Shown here one piece after another: positions 60,681 to 64,000 of a stretch of 64,000 nt of DNA. Each line of letters opens with the position of its first letter. Positions within the stretch are counted from its first letter, which is position 1. The notes under the pieces were generated by a model. The model ran no database searches. It worked only from the letters and a program-made list of their open reading frames with translations, and was not told where the DNA came from. The stretch is from assembly GCA_963731895.1 (NCBI GenBank), contig CAVSXO010000021.1:4796-68795 (forward strand), read 5' to 3'. Source of the DNA: an uncultured Solirubrobacterales bacterium. GTDB lineage: Bacteria > Actinomycetota > Thermoleophilia > Solirubrobacterales > JBBDJG01. The position numbers and the translations under genes were made by a program.

Positions 60681-60850
60681 AGCGGGATCGCTTGGCGGCT
60701 TGGCGAAGCGGCCTTCCCGGACCTGCCGTGATGGGCAACCGGCTGGTAGCGGCCCCGGCGCGCTCTTTATAAGGAGCCGATTCGCCGGGGTCCCCGACGG
60801 CGCCGCGCAAAAGCGCCGCATCGTTCTACCTGCGGGATACTGCGCGGGCG

Positions 60851-61084
60851 ATGTCGCAGGAGAACGTGAAGCTCATCGAGCAAGCACTGCGGCTCTACGC
60901 GGCCTACAACCGCCGCGACTGGGACGGCTACTTTGCCGAGGCGGGTCCCGGGTTCGAGTTCGATCCAACCGAACAAGGCGGCGTATTTCGAGGCCGCAGG
61001 GCGCTGACCGAGCTGGCCGAGAACTGGTTCAGCACGTGGCAAGAGTGGCTACCAACATGCGCGAGGCTGTTGGCGGCCGTCTGA
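60851..61084 (+). pseudogene. Truncated MSQENV-type SnoaL/NTF2-like gene
   Basis: MSQENVKLIEQ..YNRRDWD..FRGR..WF; the C-terminal half is absent. Confidence 0.65.
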
Positions 61085-61161
61085 CCTCCTCAGATCGGCG
61101 GCTACTGCCAAGTGCGCCGCTTTGGACGCGAAGGAGCTGATGAACCCCATGGGAGGAACCG

Positions 61162-61295
61162 ATGGACCAACTCGTTCAAGTCGCAGGCGCACTCCTGATC
61201 CTGTCGCCGTTCGCGGCGCTTCAGTTCGGCCGGATGCGGGCCGACTCGCGCGTGTACTTGATCCTCAACCTGACAGGATCGGCCGTGCTGACGGT
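61162..61295 (+). pseudogene. Truncated CBU_0592-like membrane protein
   Basis: GGAGG SD; MDQLVQVAGALLIL..YLILNLTGSAVL, then runs into the HD gene tail. Confidence 0.6.
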
Positions 61296-61828
61296 GCGTC
61301 GCGGACGCCCGCGGCGAGCGCCGCGATCATTCCTGACTTGAAGTTCGTCCGCGGATGGGCGGCCAGGACCGCGTCACGCTGCTCGGCCGTGAGCGCGTCG
61401 AAGGACGAGCCGTAGAGGTCGTACTGCACGCCGAGGGCCACGAGCCGCACCTCGGACTGCTTGTAGTTCGGAACCTGCCTCGTCGTGTGCAGCGCGATCG
61501 ATTCCCAGACGGTCATGACCTGCTCCTCGGGCAGGCCGTGCCGCTCGAGGAAGGCGCGGGCGGCGTTGGCCCCGTCGATCTCGAAGCGCTCGTGCTCGGA
61601 GCGGTGGCCCTCGAGCAGGCCGACGTCGTGGAACATCGCGCCGACGTAGAGCAGCTCGGCGTCGTAGCTCAAGGCTGAGCTGTTCGGCCCGCAGCGAGGC
61701 CCAGAGGAACACTCGCCGTGAATGGTCGAACAGCAGCTTGGTGGAGGCGTCCCGTACGAACTCGGTCGCCTCGCGGGCGAGCGCGCTGTCGGGGATCGCT
61801 ATCCCCGCGATCGTCGGTCCCGGTCATG
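61265..61828 (-). pseudogene. HD-domain protein, frameshifted and C-terminally truncated
   Basis: IPDSALARE..LFDHSRRVFLW, MFHDVGL, RFEIDGANAA and IALHTT. Confidence 0.75.
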
Positions 61829-62731
61829 GCGACTCATTTTCGGGATGCGGCACACGACGGCAACACAACCTTGCCCCGTCGGCCCGGCTCCAGGCTGCGC
61901 GCGAACGCCTCGCGCGCCGACGTGAGCGGGAAAACCTCGACGGGCGGCGGGCCGCAGCTCGCCGACATCCGCCAGCCTCGCGAGCGACCTGAGCTGGTCG
62001 CGATTCGGCTCGACGATGAAGTACACGCCTCCATCAGGCGGCTCCTCCGCCACCGAGACCAGTCGCCCGCCGGCGCGCAGCACCGCGAGGGACCGGCGCA
62101 ACCGCTCGCCGCCGGCGGTGTCGAACACGACGTCGACGGGTTCCACCGCGTCCTCGAAGCGCGTCGCCGCGTCGACGGCCTCGTGTGCGCCGAGCTCGCG
62201 GACCAATCCCAGGTTCGCCGCCGATGCGGTCCCGATCACGTGCGCGCCGCCCGCGCGGGCGAGCTGCACGGCGAACCCGCCGACGCCGCCCGCGGCACCG
62301 TGGATCAGCACGCGCTCGTCTGCGCCGAGCCGGCCGTGGTCGAACAGCCCCTGCCAGGCGGTGAGCGCGGGCAGAGGGATCGCGGCGCTCTCGGCGTGCC
62401 CGAGCGCCCGCGGCCTGGCCACCAGCAGCTCGGCGGGCAGCGCCGTGTAGTCGGCTGCGACGCCGTCGCGGTCGAACGGCGTGAGCGCGAACACCTCGTC
62501 GCCGGCCGCGACGCCGGCGACGCCGGGTCCGACTTCCTCGACCACTCCGGAGAGTTCGTAGGACGGGATCGCCGGCAGGCGGTCGACCGGCCATTCCAGC
62601 TCGCCGCGGGTGATCGCCGCCGCGTGCACGCGGACGAGCGCCTCCTCCGGACCGGGTCGTGGCCGGTCGGCCTCCTCGACCGCGAGCTGCTCGGGACCGC
62701 CCGGCGCACGCAGCCGGACGACGCGCATCAC
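61799..62731 (-). CDS. NADP-dependent quinone oxidoreductase (MDR family), frameshift near 61940
   Basis: LTAWQGLF and LIHGAAGGVG; GKVVL tail in a shifted frame. Confidence 0.85.
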   Translation of the reverse strand: MMRVVRLRAPGGPEQLAVEEADRPRPGPEEALVRVHAAAITRGELEWPVDRLPAIPSYELSGVVEEVGPGVAGVAAGDEVFALTPFDRDGVAADYTALPAELLVARPRALGHAESAAIPLPALTAWQGLFDHGRLGADERVLIHGAAGGVGGFAVQLARAGGAHVIGTASAANLGLVRELGAHEAVDAATRFEDAVEPVDVVFDTAGGERLRRSLAVLRAGGRLVSVAEEPPDGGVYFIVEPNRDQLRSLARLADVGELRPAARRGFPAHVGARGVRAQPGAGPTGQGCVAVVCRIPKMSRHDRDRRSRG

Positions 62732-63081
62732 GCCGCCGTCAGTCCGTCGTAGACGGTCGGGGACTCGCCCTCGCCGAGCACGAAGAACGCGATCAGGCTC
62801 GCCGGCAGCTCCTGGCTGGCGTTGCGCGACACGGAGTGCAGCGCGCCCGGCGGCTCGTAGAACGACTCGCCGGCCTTCAGCATGACCGGTTCGCGGTCGT
62901 CGAGCCCGAACATCACGCTGCCGTCGATCACGTACACGTACGCGCCGGCCGGGTGCCGGTGAGTGCCGCGCGTGAATCCGCCCGGCTCGTAGTCGATGCG
63001 GAGGGCTTGAACGACGAGCCCGTCGCGTGACGGGAAGTCGAGCACGGAAGTCACGCGCTCGCCGGTGTCGGAGTGGGGCAT
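62728..63081 (-). CDS. Cupin domain protein
   Basis: HRHP..YVIDG..GESFYEPPGALHSVSRNAS; GGAGG SD. Confidence 0.88.
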   Translation of the reverse strand: MPHSDTGERVTSVLDFPSRDGLVVQALRIDYEPGGFTRGTHRHPAGAYVYVIDGSVMFGLDDREPVMLKAGESFYEPPGALHSVSRNASQELPASLIAFFVLGEGESPTVYDGLTAA

Positions 63082-63408
63082 GGGGGACCTCCTGGAGGTC
63101 GATAGAGTCGATACGACCCTGACGGTACGTCCGCAGGCTGCCGACGGCGATACGGTCTGCCGAACACGTGATCGCGAACCGCGGCGCGTGAACGAATCGC
63201 GTATCGCCTTCCGACTGAACGCTGCTTGTTGAGGCTCGTCCGGCGGCGAAAGCGCCACGTCGACCATGTCGAGCCGTTCCAGGCTTTCACTGCTCGGGGC
63301 GTGAAATTGGGTTTCGACGGGCCTGTGGGCAACCTTTTGGGCAACCCGCGAGCCGCAGGGCTGGATGCGCTCGGATACTGAGCGGGTTCAACACTCTCGG
63401 ATACTCGC

Positions 63409-63843
63409 TCAGGAGTCGGCGTGAGCGTCTTGCTCCGAGAGGCCTGCGGTTTCGAGCGCCTCTTCGAGCGAGTAGAAGCTGTTGAACTCAACGACGAGGC
63501 CGTCTTTGAGCTCCATGACGTTTGTGAGGAAGGGCAACTCGACCTCCGCACCGCTTTGCTTGCCCTTCGCCTCGAATCTCACGACCGTCACGACTTTGTC
63601 ACCACCGACGAAGGTGCGCTGGACGTGACTCTTGAAGTAATCCCAGGGCTCGTGCACCGCGTCCCACCATTCACGGACTCCCGCATGTCCGTAGTAGGCG
63701 GTCCTGACCCCGATAAACAGATCCTCGGCCCCATCCCCGCGCCACTTGGCATCGGGATGAACGAGCGAAAGAAAAGCGTCGAGATCCTCTCGATTCCAGG
63801 CGTCGTAACCACGCCGCACGATCTCCACGTTCTCCTGCGACAT
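63409..63843 (-). CDS. MSQENVE-type SnoaL/NTF2-like protein
   Basis: MSQENVEIVRRGYDAWN...EALETAGLSEQDAHADS*. Confidence 0.88.
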   Translation of the reverse strand: MSQENVEIVRRGYDAWNREDLDAFLSLVHPDAKWRGDGAEDLFIGVRTAYYGHAGVREWWDAVHEPWDYFKSHVQRTFVGGDKVVTVVRFEAKGKQSGAEVELPFLTNVMELKDGLVVEFNSFYSLEEALETAGLSEQDAHADS

Positions 63844-63865
63844 CGGTACGCAGTATCCCGCTTGC

Positions 63866-64000
63866 TCAGGAGTCGGCGTGAGCGTCTTGCTCCGACAGCC
63901 CGACGGCTTCGAAAGCCTCGGCACGGTCCGAGTACTCCTCGCAGCGAGCGGCCCTTTCCCCACGGATGAGCCATACCTGCCAACCCTCCATCCTCACTTC
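63866..64000 (-). CDS. C-terminal part of another SnoaL/NTF2-like paralog (5' end outside window)
   Basis: EVRMEGWQVWLIRGERAARCEEYSDRAEAFEAVGLSEQDAHADS*. Confidence 0.8.
   Translation of the reverse strand, partial: EVRMEGWQVWLIRGERAARCEEYSDRAEAFEAVGLSEQDAHADS

Larger units (their letters stand above)
52142..64000. mobile_element. tRNA-Thr-anchored accessory island/cassette array (no integrase in window; extends past the end)
   Basis: Two copies of the tRNA 3' half (59257-59297 and 59999-60041), gene fragments and recurring boundary motifs. Confidence 0.7.

Overview
High-GC actinobacterial chromosome segment. It is most consistent with class Thermoleophilia (Solirubrobacterales-like); this is inferred from gene families such as the MSQENVE-type SnoaL paralogs and the 'LTFANVVA..ALFVALSG' secreted protein. 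Many genes carry single-base frameshifts, often in homopolymers, so the assembly probably has indel errors and most broken ORFs cannot be called true pseudogenes. Bases 1-36 kb hold metabolic and housekeeping genes (NhaA-DsbA, SigB/F-type sigma factor, BadI/BadH-like pair, DinB, M32 carboxypeptidase, RTX-repeat protein, patatin) and several unexplained structured or repetitive intergenic regions. An archaeal-type topA is separated from tmk-holB by a ~9 kb glycan-modification cluster (methyltransferase, class III aminotransferase, radical SAM/SPASM, Stf0 sulfotransferase, GT2, GT4, and a recurring unnamed domain). From tRNA-Thr(CGT) at 52066 to the window end lies an accessory island with no integrase in view. 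It is subdivided by two further copies of the tRNA 3' half, by recurring short boundary motifs (GCTT-N3/4-AAGCGGAAT; paired TGGGCAA repeats 12 bp apart), and by SnoaL genes whose DNA ends are near-identical. I consider this tRNA-anchored, integron-like cassette array the best candidate for an undescribed system. No CRISPR array, rRNA or intact transposase was seen.
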